A stretch of 63,809 bases of DNA, filler included, from Dimorphilus gyrociliatus (Eukaryota > Animalia > Annelida): assembly GCA_904063045.1 (NCBI GenBank). It is 3 parts of 3 records of this genome, joined end to end, with 100 filler letters (N's around TTAATTAATTAA, not from the genome) between each part and the next. Parts side by side here need not be neighbours in the genome. Positions count along the whole stretch, not along the records: positions 1 to 29,206 come from CAJFCJ010000075.1; 2 more parts are not named here. One strand, written 5' to 3'. Shown here in pieces: positions 1-16,037 of this stretch; within the stretch, counting starts at the first letter, position 1; every line of letters starts with the position of its first letter. Position numbers and translations under genes: made by a program. Below the pieces are notes generated by a model. That model was not told where the DNA came from and did no database searches. It saw only the letters and a list, made by a program, of their open reading frames with translations.

Positions 1-124
1 CCGCCAGGTGGCCCTTGGTGTACGTTCAGTAGCTGAATTGTCTTTACCATCGTAATATATATCGTTAAGATATATGTTTCACTGTAACTATTAAAATAAA
101 GTCCTTTTCCAACTTTATTCAAAA
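1..124 (+). repeat. 5' LTR (partial)
   Basis: Aligns to 5455-5577 with 6 substitutions and 1 indel over 124 nt (manual alignment, about 94-95% identity). Confidence 0.93.
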
Positions 125-429
125 GTAAAGACAAGACGAAGTTCTCAATAAGACAAATTTTGAATTAGTTTTACGTTTTTGGGACGATTCAGAAAGGAGA
201 ATTTAAATTGTTCCTCACGTTTGAAAGTTGAGAATATCTTAACTGTTGGGAGTTAAAAATCACTGGGAATTGTCCAGTAGAAAAGAATATTTCAATAATC
301 AAGAACCAAAGGTATTTATAACCGTTTGGAAGATAGAACGTTTGACCATTGAAACGTTGGACCGTTGAAAAATTTTGAAAATTAAAATGGCAAGTAAATA
401 TAAACTCTGATGATTTTGAAGATTCTATA

Positions 430-2324
430 TTGCCATCTCAATTAAAAGGCATGTTAGTTTCAAGATTGTTACATCAAAAAGCCCCCCTCTTAAGAATTTG
501 CTCAAAAAGGAGTCATTCAAGAGCCAATGTTATGGCAAAAATTTGGTACGTTAAGGACATTTTAAGTTGGACAAGAGAAAAGGTAGGAACATGTTGTTCC
601 TCAGATCTCAGCGAACTCGAAAATTGGTTAGAGAAAATGGAAGAAAGTATTAAAGACGGAGGATATGTTCCTAGAGAGGAGGACAGAGATGACGGTTGGC
701 TCCAAACAGCAAAGTTGGTAAAGAAGCCTTTTAAGTCAGAATTTTGGATGAAAGAAACAGAATTCAAATCAAAAGAAATTCACGCTTCGGAGCAAAGATC
801 TTTAGTAGAGGAATTTCCTCCTTTAGCAGACTACGAAGATGCAAATTTGATAAATTCTGAGCTACCAAATTCAGAAGTCAGGAGAAAAAGAAATGATTTC
901 AAATTAGACCTTTCAGATAGAGATTCCGAATCTATAAAATCGTTATTGAGAGAGCGAAGAATTCAATCCTCCAGCAGAAATGAAAATCTTATCTACTTAA
1001 AGGAACCGGCATCCGAAATGATCTGGAAAGAAAAAGTTTCAAAGGATAAATCAGAGGAAATAGTTAATAGATTATGACCCTCGAACAAAGGAGTTATCAA
1101 TACGAATACAAAATCGTAGCAAAGGCTAAGGAGATAATCTTGCCTATCGTAGAGGAAGCGGTACGGGAAGATGAGTTAGCTCGCTGGCATTTGGAGGAAC
1201 AATTAATAAACTTTTTTAAAGGCAAAATATTGCGTCTATAGGAGTGATATAAACGGTTATTTAAAGAAAATTCATTCCACATAAAGGAACAAGTCACAGA
1301 GTTGTTAGACAAAAATCTTTATGGTTTGGAAGAAAGGCTAGACTTGCTGGAAGGAAAAATTAAATCGATTGAAAAGGAAATCTAAGTAATTGTTGCATGA
1401 ATTTTGGTAGAAACAAATCCCCAGAGGAAGAAATTAAAGAATTGTTTGGTCGAATAACAGAATTCAAAGGAAACCCTGTAGAGTATGCAGTATTCAGAGT
1501 GGATAGCTACATTCTCAGAGAAATTCCCAAATGTCGACAGTTATGTCAAATTTGAAGCTTTGATGTCATGTTTAGACGAATCAGTAAGGACCCTAATACA
1601 AGAATATGCTTCCCACCCAAGTGGAAGCTTTGAATCAGCTTTAGAAAGATTAGATCGTCACTTTAATAGAATAGACAAATATGAGGAGATGGTCAACAGA
1701 ATCCACGGCTATGGGAAACTGGATATAGGTGCTGGTGACACCTTAGTAAATCTCGCAGAATATATGCAGAGTGTAATAAAATTGTTCAGTGCTGAACAAG
1801 TCCGACCAATGGTTGCGGTATCAGTGGGAAACTTTACGGATTCTCTAAAGGAACTGTGGGTTAAAAGAACCAAAAGTAAAATAGGTACAAATGAATATGA
1901 ACCAGAGAAAGAGTTAATTCAATTCTTAGAGTCTCAACAAAGCAAGCGTTTATCTGCAATATTCTCTGATCTCTAGCTCATCAAAGTCAGCCAATAGATT
2001 TGATGGTAAAGGTAAAGATCTTCAGACTGGGAGAATAATTTGCTATTATTGTGAAGGACAACATAGGATGTCGGAGTGTCCGAATTTGAAAGGGACAGCA
2101 AATTCGTGAGAAAAGAGAAAGTAACCAAGTTGAATAGATGTTTAAACTGCTTAAGGCTTGGCCACAAAGCAAGGAATTGTACCAAAAAACCTTGTGACAG
2201 GTGCCAACAACAAGTCCATCCCGCTTTACATAACTGTCGAAAGGTAGAAAACGCTTTACTGGTGGTAGAGGACAGAGCAAAAACGGCAAATATGGTTGAC
2301 ATTAAGGTTAACACTAAACAATGA
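430..2324 (+). pseudogene. BEL/Pao gag, fragmented
   Basis: DUF1759-like segment at 1485-1976; CLNCLRLGHKARNC knuckle followed by CDRCQQQVHPALH, typical of BEL gag; split over several frames. Confidence 0.85.
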
Positions 2325-2327
2325 AAC

Positions 2328-5284
<2,957 letters not shown>

Positions 5285-5372
5285 TAGCTTAGTTTACTGC
5301 ATTATTATTTTTATATATTTATGTATATGTTGGTGAAGACCCAGTTACCTTTCGTCCTTCCTTGGCGGGGAA

Positions 5373-5577
5373 TGTTGAATAAGTTACAATAAGTAACGTA
5401 TGTAATAGCCGGCAGAGGGCCGATGTATCTTTTAAACGTAACGTTGTAAGAGTCCCGCCAGGTGGCCCTTGCGTACGTTCAATAGCTGAATTGTCTTTAC
5501 CGTCGTAATATATATGGTTAAGATATATGTTTCACGGTAACTATTAAAATAAAGTCCTTTTCCTACTTTATTCAAAA
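5373..5577 (+). repeat. 3' LTR (~205 bp) preceded by a polypurine tract
   Basis: PPT GGCGGGGAA at 5364-5372, then TGTTGAATAA...TTATTCAAAA; AATAAA signal inside; matches 1-124. Confidence 0.92.
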
Positions 5578-6514
5578 ACCATATTATTAAAGCAAATTTT
5601 ACATTGAAGATTTCTTTTTAGTTGATAAAAGATATTTAATTCTCTATTTGAAGAATCATGAAAAGCAGTTGCATTTCTAACAAAGACAGTACAAAGGAAT
5701 TGTTAAGTTTTAAAGCAAATAGAATAGAAATAACAAATTCTTATTAATCTTACTTTTTTGACATTATCTTCTCATAAAAATAGTGACTGTAATTTACTAA
5801 AAACAAAGAAATTTTCGATCCAAAACAAGAATTATTGGTGAAAAGATAATTGTTAACAATAGAGGCCATTTAGATATGTTCGTGTGATACAGCTCAGGCT
5901 TTCTAAGCGCATAACATATTTGCCCACTGGACTACATATACAGCATGAAAATAGATTAATGTTTCGTTCTCCGATCCCTGAATTGTGAGCGACGGAACGT
6001 GAATCACAAACAGGCTTCGCAACATTCACACATTTGGACATTCGCATCATCATACATTTATACCATTACCACCATCATCATTCATAATGCAAAATGACAT
6101 GCTTGGCAGTCATATACTTCTCGGCAGATATTTTTTTTTAACTTATTGGCAAAACTAACAAAGTCATTCGTTTTCAGATTGTTACCATATTTATTAGAAT
6201 TTAATAGTCAAGAAATATCATGAAATCAACTAAAGGTCAAGGAATTCTTACTAAACGGTACATTTGAATAGTATTGTACAGGTCTAAACAATGAAACTTT
6301 AAAAAGAAACTTTTGAAGTTAGTCAATTTTTATTCTTTTTGTAAATATTCCAAATAGCTTATTGGAAACAACATAATTATGTGAAGTGGTGCATGTCTTA
6401 ACATGACAACAATGATCATTTGGGAGAAAAGAAGACATTGAAGAAATAACGTTATTTTAACGAAAATCTTTTATCTACAACACAGAACTATATCAACTCG
6501 CCTTGAACAAAACA

Positions 6515-7564
6515 CTAAATCACTGTTGATATTTGACTTCTTGACAATGAGCTCGATACTTGATCTCTAGTGTTGGATCTTGAAAAGCAGAATATTTTTA
6601 GAAACTCTTTCTTAAAAGTTTCCCCACAAAGACAATAGAAAAAAAAATTGACCATGTGATTAGCCCGATTTATAATGATTAATATTTCAAATATAAACAT
6701 GTTCGTATTCGATAAAAAGTAATCATTTGATAATTTTACAAGATAGATATCGAACGCTGCAATCGGAAATGTAGTTACAATAAAGCAAGTTGATAGTGAA
6801 ACAGTTAGAATAGCTAATTTCCTAGTTGATGATTTCAGTTTCTCTTTATGAGCTGCTTTACCATCAAACCCAGTCAAATTTTTAGCATGAGCCTTCAATT
6901 TAATAAATATAAGTATATTCAATATTCCCATACTAAAAGATGGAAATATGGCGTACATAATAAGTTCAATTAAATGATAATATTCATAATAATATTCGGA
7001 AGATAAAGAATTAGTGGGATAGCATTCAATGTGTGTTGGTGATACTCTGGCCACTTTATCCAGAACAATTGGAATGGAAATATCAAATCCAATAGCATAG
7101 ATAAAAATCACTAATATAACTCTATTGCATACTTTTAAAGTTGACCATAATTTAGCTTTTGTTGGAAATGTAACTGATAAAAATCTATCGAATGTAACTG
7201 CAATTAGGCTTAAAGATGATATCTGTCCAAAAGTGAATAATAAAAATAGATACATTTTACAATTGACCCATAAAAGTGTTATTTCATCAATTTCTTTTAT
7301 CTTATAATAAGCCACTGATCTTAGAATTAATGACATTGAAACAAGCAAATCAGAAATTGAAACAATTAATACATATCTAAACACAGTTATTGTCTTCAAT
7401 TTACTTCTTAAAATTGTTATTACAGACATGGAATTTAATGGAATTCCAACAGAAATTGTCAACGCTAGAACAAAAAGTGGAAATACTGCAGTTGAAAGCC
7501 AAGCCATAAATTCATTATTTGAATAATTATGGTAGGTTGTGTTATATTGCAAAGTCTGGTTCAT
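6515..7564 (-). CDS. Intronless class A (rhodopsin-like) peptide-type GPCR, 349 aa
   Basis: Seven hydrophobic segments; GIPLN (TM1), ISDL (TM2), VTFDRF (DRY-like), NHMVNFFFYCLCG (TM7); N-glycosylation sequons at the N-terminus. Confidence 0.92.
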   Translation of the reverse strand: MNQTLQYNTTYHNYSNNEFMAWLSTAVFPLFVLALTISVGIPLNSMSVITILRSKLKTITVFRYVLIVSISDLLVSMSLILRSVAYYKIKEIDEITLLWVNCKMYLFLLFTFGQISSLSLIAVTFDRFLSVTFPTKAKLWSTLKVCNRVILVIFIYAIGFDISIPIVLDKVARVSPTHIECYPTNSLSSEYYYEYYHLIELIMYAIFPSFSMGILNILIFIKLKAHAKNLTGFDGKAAHKEKLKSSTRKLAILTVSLSTCFIVTTFPIAAFDIYLVKLSNDYFLSNTNMFIFEILIIINRANHMVNFFFYCLCGETFKKEFLKIFCFSRSNTRDQVSSSLSRSQISTVI

Positions 7565-8632
7565 GTTTCCCCTTTTCTATCTTTTCAAAGCAAAGAAAAA
7601 AAGAAAATTGTTCAGTATTTAAAATAGAAGCACAACCTTGTGTCGTTTTAATTTGTCTGTTACAATTTTTAACAAAAGACATTGCTATTATATAGAAAGA
7701 ACTAGGCATAGGTGTAGCGTCAACACCCATTAATTATCTGCAATTATCTAGAGAATGGTAACGACCTACCGAAATGATGTATAGTTGAAGGTTAACAGCA
7801 ACTCTAGGAAGGTATGTTTTATAAGTGTCTCTGTTTAGGGAGCAGGCGAAGCTGTACCTGGTTCAAGGCGTTTCCACTTTTTAATTAATATACTTGCTTA
7901 TTAAATTGATTATAACAACAACCAAGATATAAATGTATATAGTAGAGGTCACCTAAAATCAGTACCACTGTTCTTTTATCAAATTCGATTTTCCTTGAAC
8001 TTTAACATCCGCAACATGTTTTTAAGAAAAATTATAATCAACCATACATATTTATGTTAAATTCACAATTAGTAAACTTTTTTGGTAAAAAGTATGGAGC
8101 ATAGATAGAATATGTTTCTAGTGGCATTTTATCAGCTAACAAATTTTCAGTTTGTACTTATCCGAAATAACAATCATTTATATGCTCTCACCGTCATTCC
8201 CCTCATTACTGTGTCTTTTAAGGGATTAACTCCAGCTAGTCATATCATTCCACTAGTGGTAAAGTGTTTCCTATCTTATATTTAGTCAGATCCGAGTCTA
8301 ATTTGATAATAGAAATTTGAGGGAAAAGAATTTTAGAGGAAAAATTATTGTTGAAAGAAAATATAATGACGAATATCAATTTATAAACTCATTAAATAAA
8401 AGTTTATTTTTCAATAGGCGATATCGTATAATTAAATGTTTTCTTCTCTTTCTTTTTCCTTTAGATATTCAAGCGTCTTATGATTTTGAAAAGAATGACC
8501 TAATTAATATAGTCCCCAAATCGCTTTTGAGTGTTATAGATGAGTTGACAATCATCCATTCAAAACTTATTATTTGTCAAAAACAATATGCACTTGGTAT
8601 ATACTTATAATAGAATCTACTGATTAAATTTA

Positions 8633-9190
8633 TTGCTTATTGTTGATATCATTCAATTAGCAAATTATCGCTCATACGGACTATCTCATATAAAAGAAAA
8701 TAAAAATAATTGTTCTGATGGGCATTTCTTTTGTGAAATCAATAGAATTTGCATCAGTTTAGTATACATTTGCGACGGATTTAACGATTGTGAGTTTGAA
8801 GAAGATGAAAAGGATTTTAAAGATTATCAATTTAATTATTTTCAATGTCTTGCAAGCAAGGAGTTTATTAGCTATTCATTACTTTACGATTTTGTTACTG
8901 ATTGCTCGGACGAGACTCATTGAGTCTCTTTTTTAAACTGACTTTAACATTCTATTATTTATCTTTTGACCCTAGCAGATGTTCAAAAGTGTAATGCTTC
9001 TCAAAGGTTTAGTTTGTTCTTTTTTATTTTTTTAAAGAGTAGAAAAAATAACAAAAATTCTAAAAATTTTCAAATATTGAATAAATAGACAATGCCTTAG
9101 TGGACAGTGCATACATTTTCAAAGAGTTTGCGATAATGAAATAAACTGTTTTGACTCTACTGATGAAGTTTGTTCTCATCCCCAGCCCAT
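8633..9190 (+). pseudogene. LDL-receptor class A repeat exons, probably the 5' part of the receptor at 12910-15200
   Basis: FFCEINRICISLVYICDGFNDCEFEEDE; DFVTDCSDETH*; QCLSGQCIHFQRVCDNEINCFDSTDE at ~9087-9170; premature stop present. Confidence 0.75.
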
Positions 9191-9576
9191 TGATAAACAA
9201 TTTGAAAATAGAATTTATTATACATATTCTCTATTAGTATATATGTTGTTGTCATAATAGTAATAACCAAAATTATTTAGTTATAACTGTTATGTAACTT
9301 TATGGATAATAACTTAAAGAAGTTATGTATGTAGAAAGAATGAAAATATCATTTAAAGTAAGTTTAAGAGATATCCAATGTTAAGTTCACCTTAATGCTT
9401 GTTATATTCCAAACTCACGACTATACATACATATGTAGTCGACGAAGTTAGCGACTAAGATTTGGCAATATGTCAAGACTACATTAAGCTTTACATTACG
9501 TACTATTTTTAAAATTTAGATTAAGTTGTTCTTTCTGTATTTTCACCCCCTTCCATTCACCTACTTAAAATTATTA

Positions 9577-9749
9577 TCCACAAATGAGAAATTTCAAGAC
9601 AAAAATTGGGATTGAGAAATGGTTAGGCAGAAGAAAACAGCAACTGATTTATACGTAGGAGGGTCTCATCTAAGGGTTAGGGCTAATGGAAAAGGTTAGG
9701 TACAGCTAAGGGCTGGGTTACGGTTAGGGTAAAAGCACTCATTTGTGGA
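9577..9749. mobile_element. MITE-like dispersed repeat containing degenerate TTAGGG motifs
   Basis: 12-bp inverted repeats TCCACAAATGAG (9577-9588) and CTCATTTGTGGA (9738-9749); 21-nt exact match at 9667-9687 to 20749-20769; no TSD seen. Confidence 0.55.
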
Positions 9750-9935
9750 CGTTTTCTGTCGCATCCATCATTGTCGTCTATAACACTACCATATCCTAAT
9801 GTCTATTAACGTCGACAACACATATATATATAATCAGTACACAAATATAAATATATAGAGTTTAGTTGATAGTCATAGCGAATTGATTAGCATGTTGTAA
9901 AACTGACATTATGTAATCACTATATTACATTAATT

Positions 9936-12695
9936 GAGTATGGGAAAAAATGTCCTTGGGAAAAAACGTCCCTGGGAAAAAACGTCCCAGTGTGGGAAAA
10001 AACATCCCAAGGTTAGGAAAAAATGTCCCAAGGTTGGGAAAAACAAGTAGTGGGAAAAGATATTAGAATTTTAAAAAAGATTGCTCTATTTTGGGAACCA
10101 ATGGCAATATACTGAGAATATAATAATTAATAATGAATATATGTTTATTAAAATGTATTAAAAATGAAAAAAGCTAAGAATGTTATACAAAGTTTAAAAG
10201 TTACTAGAATAAAGTATAAAGTATGTTAAGACACTGAGAATTATTTTGAATAGATTAATGCAATCTTCTGCAAGAGGACATCCCAAACAGCAAATACTTG
10301 CTTCTGCTTCTGGATGACACTTTTCTTCTGATACTTCTTTAGCCTTTTTTCTGATAGAAGTTTCTCTACAACTGGAATAAGACTTGATTCCTGTTTTAAA
10401 ATATCTATGAGCATATAAAATGACCCTTTTGCAGGAGTCTTTTCATTTATTCTTCTGTGCCATCCTTCAACATCATTGTTGGTCCTGATGGCAAGACCAA
10501 ATACAGACCAACAATTTGGTGTCCAAATTGAATGCTTAATCCAAGTACTTTCAATGTATTGGAAAAAATCCAAAAATTCATTTCTCTCAAAGGCCTCATC
10601 TTTTAGCATGTAGAAACTGTTTAGAATGGCTTCATCTGGAAGAAAAGGTAATGCCAAAACTTGTTTCAGCAGTCCTGCCTTCTTCTTTTCCATATTATAT
10701 TGTTGTGTGTATCCCAAATTCTACAATAATTTAATAATAAGGCCAACCACTGAATTTAAATATAAGCTTACTTGAATTTTTCTGTAGACAGCTTGTGTCC
10801 AATGGAAGACACAACCTTGAATAGGAATATTAGGGTAAACTGAGTTAAGAACACTCCATATACCTAATTCAAAATCAACTACAAATTTGTCAGGTTGAAA
10901 ACCATTTGTCAATTTTTGAATCTCCTTTTGATAAGATGAAGTTAATGAAACAGAATTAAGCAACCAAATCATACTTACTTTAAGAATCATTTTGTACACT
11001 TTTTTTTTCTTTGATGTTAAAAAAGCAAATACTAATGGAATTTGTTTTGCTTCTCCATCATTTTTAATAAAAGAATGAACAGAAAAAAGCTGTACAAATG
11101 GATCCTTCACAGCCTTGAAAGTGCCATCTAAATACCATACTTTACTTTTACATAATAAAGACAGCTAGTGCTTAGAAGCAAATAGTAAAACTCTTTGATT
11201 TCTTACAACAATATCACTTTGAAGAAAATCATCTGGTATAAATGTTGTATTAAGTTCAAAATCAATTTCGTTTGGTTCTTTAGGCCTTGATTTTTGCCTA
11301 TTGATATTGGCTAATCTCCTCAGATTTTCCAGTTTTGGTAGGTTATTTTCACTTTTATTTAAATTAATTAATAGATCTTCAGCAATTGCTCTTCCAGATG
11401 ACTTGATGTCTGCATTACAGATTGCTCTCAATTCTTTTCTAGCAGAAATATTCACAATAAGGCTTTTCCTTTTGTTATGATTGTGTTCATGTTTACTCTT
11501 TATGAAAATATTTCCTTTTTGTTGAATAATAACTGGACATTGAATATTCTTATTTCTAACAGAACATCTCCAGATGGTTCTCTTGTCACTTCTAGATTTT
11601 ATATTAAAAGCATAGCCATTGTTGGTCAAAATATCTTTCCCTTTTTGACTTCCACCAATAATAATATGAAATTTGTCTGAGCTTTCCGTATTCTCATTAT
11701 TTTCAGTTTCATTTTCATGCAATAAATTTTCCTCCATATTAGAAGTATTGCTAACTTCTTTAAGACTACAATTGTCTTTAACCATATTATTATGAGTACA
11801 ACTCAGAGCAGCTTTTACAATAGGATCATCATTGATCACATCTGATAAACTAATGAGACAATATCTTTCACTCAAACTTTTGCATGAAGAACACTTATCA
11901 TCTTTCATTTCTGTAATATTAAGCAAAGTTAAATAAATGTATGTTTTACATAGTAAATATCACCTTTACAGATATGATGACAAAGTGAACATGTAGTTTC
12001 TTGAATCCTGAACTTTTCTGCACAATTATTGCAAAATACTCCTTCAGATTCTAAATTGAAAATGAAAAAAGTGAATAATTTAATAAAAACATATAAAGAG
12101 ACAGACCTTTGATGCATTTGGCATGGACATAATCTTGGCAGTCATTGCATTTCATCTTTCTCTGTCTGCCATAAAATCTTTTATTACAATTAATACAAAC
12201 AGGTGCCATTACTAAGTTTCTGCAAAAATAAATTCACTTTCAACTATCAAATATGGCTGCCTATACAAAAATTATAAATAATAACTCACTGGAAAGAAGT
12301 TTTCTTAAAAAATGTATAATCTTGTAATATTCAATAAACTAAATCAATACCAGAGTTTCAATGCTTAAAAAACAAATTAGCCTGAAAATATGCCAAGAAA
12401 TGCAAAATTTATCTTTCACTTACAGACAAGACAAGGAAATAACTCATTTCTCTTTTAATAGCATTACATAATTCAGAGAAAACTGGTAAAAACATCACAA
12501 TACATATCCCTTTCTTCAAAAATATTAATATTTTATTCTATAAATGAAATAAACAGCAAAGAGAAAAACATTTCTGATTATAAGTATAAATAATTATGCC
12601 AAGTATATCTTTAGCCAGGCATAGGACGTTTTTTCCCGCCCTGGGACGTTTTTTCCCAGGGACGTTTTTTCCCAAGGACGTTTTTTCCCGACCCC
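9936..12695 (-). mobile_element. Mutator-like (MULE) DNA transposon, full length, 2760 bp
   Basis: 8-bp TSD CATTAATT (9928-9935, 12696-12703); TIRs built from GGGAAAAAAYGTCC subrepeats (at least 5 left, 4 inverted right); internal transposase gene. Confidence 0.93.
10241..12209 (-). pseudogene. MULE transposase (PHD finger - FLYWCH - DDE), spliced, with an in-frame TAG
   Basis: ATG at 12209: CINC...CNDC...HAKC...CNNC; FLYWCH GYAF...WRC...C...HEHNH; WYLDGTFK; VVDFE; GCVFHWTQA; RTNNDVEGWHRRIN; TAG at 11165-11167 where Q is expected. Confidence 0.88.
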
Positions 12696-12909
12696 CATTA
12701 ATTCATTTAAACTTGAAAAATATCATATTTTCTTTCTATATTACGTTATTCTATACCCAACATGCCTAATTAAAATTAGTAAACATTTATCTCAACTTTG
12801 TGTTTGTCTGCAACAACAACATATCTACTGTATACTGTAGCGAGACATGGACATACTTAATGGACTTTTCTCCTTCTCTCTACAACTCTTTATCATCTTC
12901 ATAATATAG

Positions 12910-15200
12910 TTGTTTTCTTTTGCTATTTTTTTCAAAAAAGATTGTAATACCAAATTTCAATTCGAATGCGATAATCAGTGCTCAAGCAAAGAGAAACAAT
13001 GCAATTTTATAGTTGACTGTTCAAATAATAAAGATGAAGAGAATTGCTACAAGAAATGGAAAAAAGAAAATAAAACAAAGATAATAGAATACAAGAAATG
13101 CTCCTTAGATTTTGATACAAAAGATAATTTAATAACAAAAATTCATTATCCGTTTTCGTCATTAAAATTTTGCAAAAAACATCAGTGCTTAAAATCTCAA
13201 TATAAGTGTTACTACTCTGGATTTTGTATAGGTATTGATAGAGTTTGCGATGGAATAAATAATTGTTTAAATAATGACGATGATCTATTTTGCGGTAAAC
13301 TTTTCCAGTTGACTTGCTGTAGACTATAATTGTTTAAAACAATTATTCATAGATCTTAGATTTCTAGCAAGTGGATTTTTCAAATGTAGAAATGAGAGTA
13401 AATTTTTGGCTGAAAGCCAACTTTGTAATGGTAAAGTAGACTGTCTAAGAGGAAGTGACGAAATATTTTGTAAAATCCCGGAAAAAGATTATTCAAATTT
13501 ATGCAAATACTCTAATTCATTTTCAATGTCCTGTGCGACAATGACTGATAGGGAAGTGATCAATTTAGATGAAAATTTCAAATATATGGTCTTACATGGT
13601 AATTTTATTTTGAAAACTTCAAAACTTCTACAAAAAATATATGTCCATCTTTTCGTTATAAAAATCTCTTCAAATTGTTTAATTCATCATTGGACGAATA
13701 TTTCATTTCCAAATGTTATAATCCTATTTATCATTAATACAAATGCAACAAAGTTCAGTTTCTTCACTAATTTACGGTATTCCCTTCTTCAAAATTTAAA
13801 TTTATCAAATAGTGCAATAAACGATTTGAGTACAATTTTCAAATATCCAATGACGAATTTATTAATATTAGATTTATCATTAACAAAAATCAATACAATT
13901 GAAAGTGGCCATTTGAAAAGTTTAAAGAATTTGAAACTATTTAAAATGGAAGGTTGTCAATTTAAAACAATTGAAAAATATTCTTTTCAGCATTTGACAA
14001 ATGTTGAAAAGTTGTATATGAAAAATACAGAATTCCCAGTGGAATTTATTGTACATTTTGCTAATTATATGAGTAGTCTAAAGGAAATTGAAAGTAAAAG
14101 ATTCCAATTATGTTGCCTAGCATGGAAAGTGTTGAAAAGTATTGTTAAATGCCTACCGAATCCTACCGGTTTTCTTACGTGTGAAAATATCATTCCATCT
14201 CTCTTCCTTCGAATATTATTATGGAGTATTGGAATTCTTGGTGTTTTTGGAAATGTATTAACAATATTTATAATAGTCTCTTCGAATTTGAAATCCAAAT
14301 CATTTAGACTCTGTCTAGCAGTTGGAGATTTATTAACAGGGATATACATTGTTTCAATAGCAATTGTTGACAACTATTTATCCGGTTCGACATATTTAGA
14401 ACACGAACATAATTGGAGATATATAGTATACAGTGTGCAATATTTGGAACAGTTTTAACATTTTCACTGTTGCTAGCAATATTTTCAATACTGTGTTTGG
14501 CAATTGAACGTTATGAAGTAATAATGCATCTCCTCAAACAATCTTATGTTAATAAATATAAAACTGTTGTTTTAATATCTGGATTAATATTTATATTTTT
14601 AATTTCAATTATGCCACTAATTTTTTTGACGTAAACATAAAACAAAAATCTTTTTTTCTATAAGAAAAAATTCTAATTATTTTTCTATTCAAAACAGAAC
14701 TATTATTCAAAATCCATAATATGCTTTAACATTCAAGTCAGGAGTGACAAGAGTGAAGGATGGATATTTTCATTAATCATATTTGGAATATTAGTTTTCT
14801 TTTTAAGTGTTATAATCAGCATTTTATATATTAAAATAGCGTTTAAAGTGAAAACAGTTTCCATGTCAAAGAAAAAATCTCTACCAAAGAGCATTTTCAT
14901 TATAACATTTTCAAATGCTTTATGTTGGTTTCCAATTTCACTTCTTTATGAGTAGCAGCCATTTTGTTTGTTTGTTTTAATTACAAATTCGTTTTTTCCT
15001 TTTTGGTTCAAGCAATTTTAACAAAATCCATTACTCTTAATATGAAAAATGATGTTTATATCATTGTTGTTATTAGTTTGACACCAGTTAATTCACTACT
15101 CAATCCTTATATTTTTTGTTTTAATCATTTACTGATAATTCATAAACGACATCAGTTGCTTAAAGAGGAAAAGAGGTTTTCATATTCTTTTGGTGACAGT
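12910..15200 (+). pseudogene. GRL101/RXFP-type LDLa-LRR-7TM receptor, frameshifted
   Basis: Three LDLa repeats, LRRs, LCCLA hinge, CLPNPTGFLTCENI..FLRILLW..GN, AVGDLLTGIY, AIERY, ALCWFP, NSLLNPYIF; short GT-AG introns; extra AT at 14420-14424 shifts the frame. Confidence 0.88.
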
Positions 15201-16037
15201 AAATTTAATTATTGTTTGTCTCTCACTTTTAAGGCAAAGAATGTTAACCAGTCTAAGAAATAAATTAAAGGAGCAATGTCATTCTTTCAGTTTTTCTATT
15301 TCTTTAATTTTTAACTGATGTTTTTAAAACAAATTTAAATTTAGTAAATAAACGTGCTGAACCGTTTTCTTTTTATTTAAAAACGTTGAATTCAATGAAT
15401 GAAAATAATTTAACATTTGAATGGAATTGGCAAGTTTTCGAAAATTTTGAATACTTGAAATGTTTTATATATTTGATTAAATTCTTCAAAACTACTTATC
15501 AATTTTCTTTAGCAACAACAAACACTGAAATTAAAAAGAATCTATTTCACAGAGTGAGTAGAACAGTCACCCTGCTTTGTTTGTTTTGGGAAGATATCTC
15601 TTTTAAATATATGATAAAATAATAACAGAAATTATTATTTCCATTGCGAAAAATATCAAGCAATAACAGAAAAAAGATCGAAAAATGATATATTCATTTT
15701 TGGAACTTTTGTTAGAAAATCTCTTCAGAAAAGAATTGCTATTTTGAGAAAACTATCAAAGAATTGGTCTGTTTTTTTTATCTCTTTTTATGAAATAATT
15801 CTTGATAAATACATTACTTTTACTTTTACCTCAGTAGTACTTGATCATGATTTTTCAATTTAAATTTATTTTAATTACTATCTGTTTTTAAGAAAATGGC
15901 TGTAAGGAATAAGATAGCTACTTACTTATAACTAGGGCTAAGGGTACTCATACATGTTAGACAAATACAAAGGCTAGGGTTAGTGAAAAACTATATATTG
16001 TGACCACTATATATCACATTCCTGTCTTTATAATATA

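Noticed and set aside
5570-5580. LTR apparently ending in AA instead of the canonical CA
   Set aside because: Ambiguous: the LTR can equally end at TTCA (5574) with chance shared As; the 5' TSD is outside the window, so it cannot be resolved.
5853-6110. Short ORF and CAT/CAC-rich stretch
   Set aside because: No recognisable domain or splice structure.
9942-10060. Short repeats with spacers resembling a CRISPR array
   Set aside because: They are MULE TIR subrepeats with 2-7 nt spacers and an inverted counterpart at 12624-12695; no cas genes.
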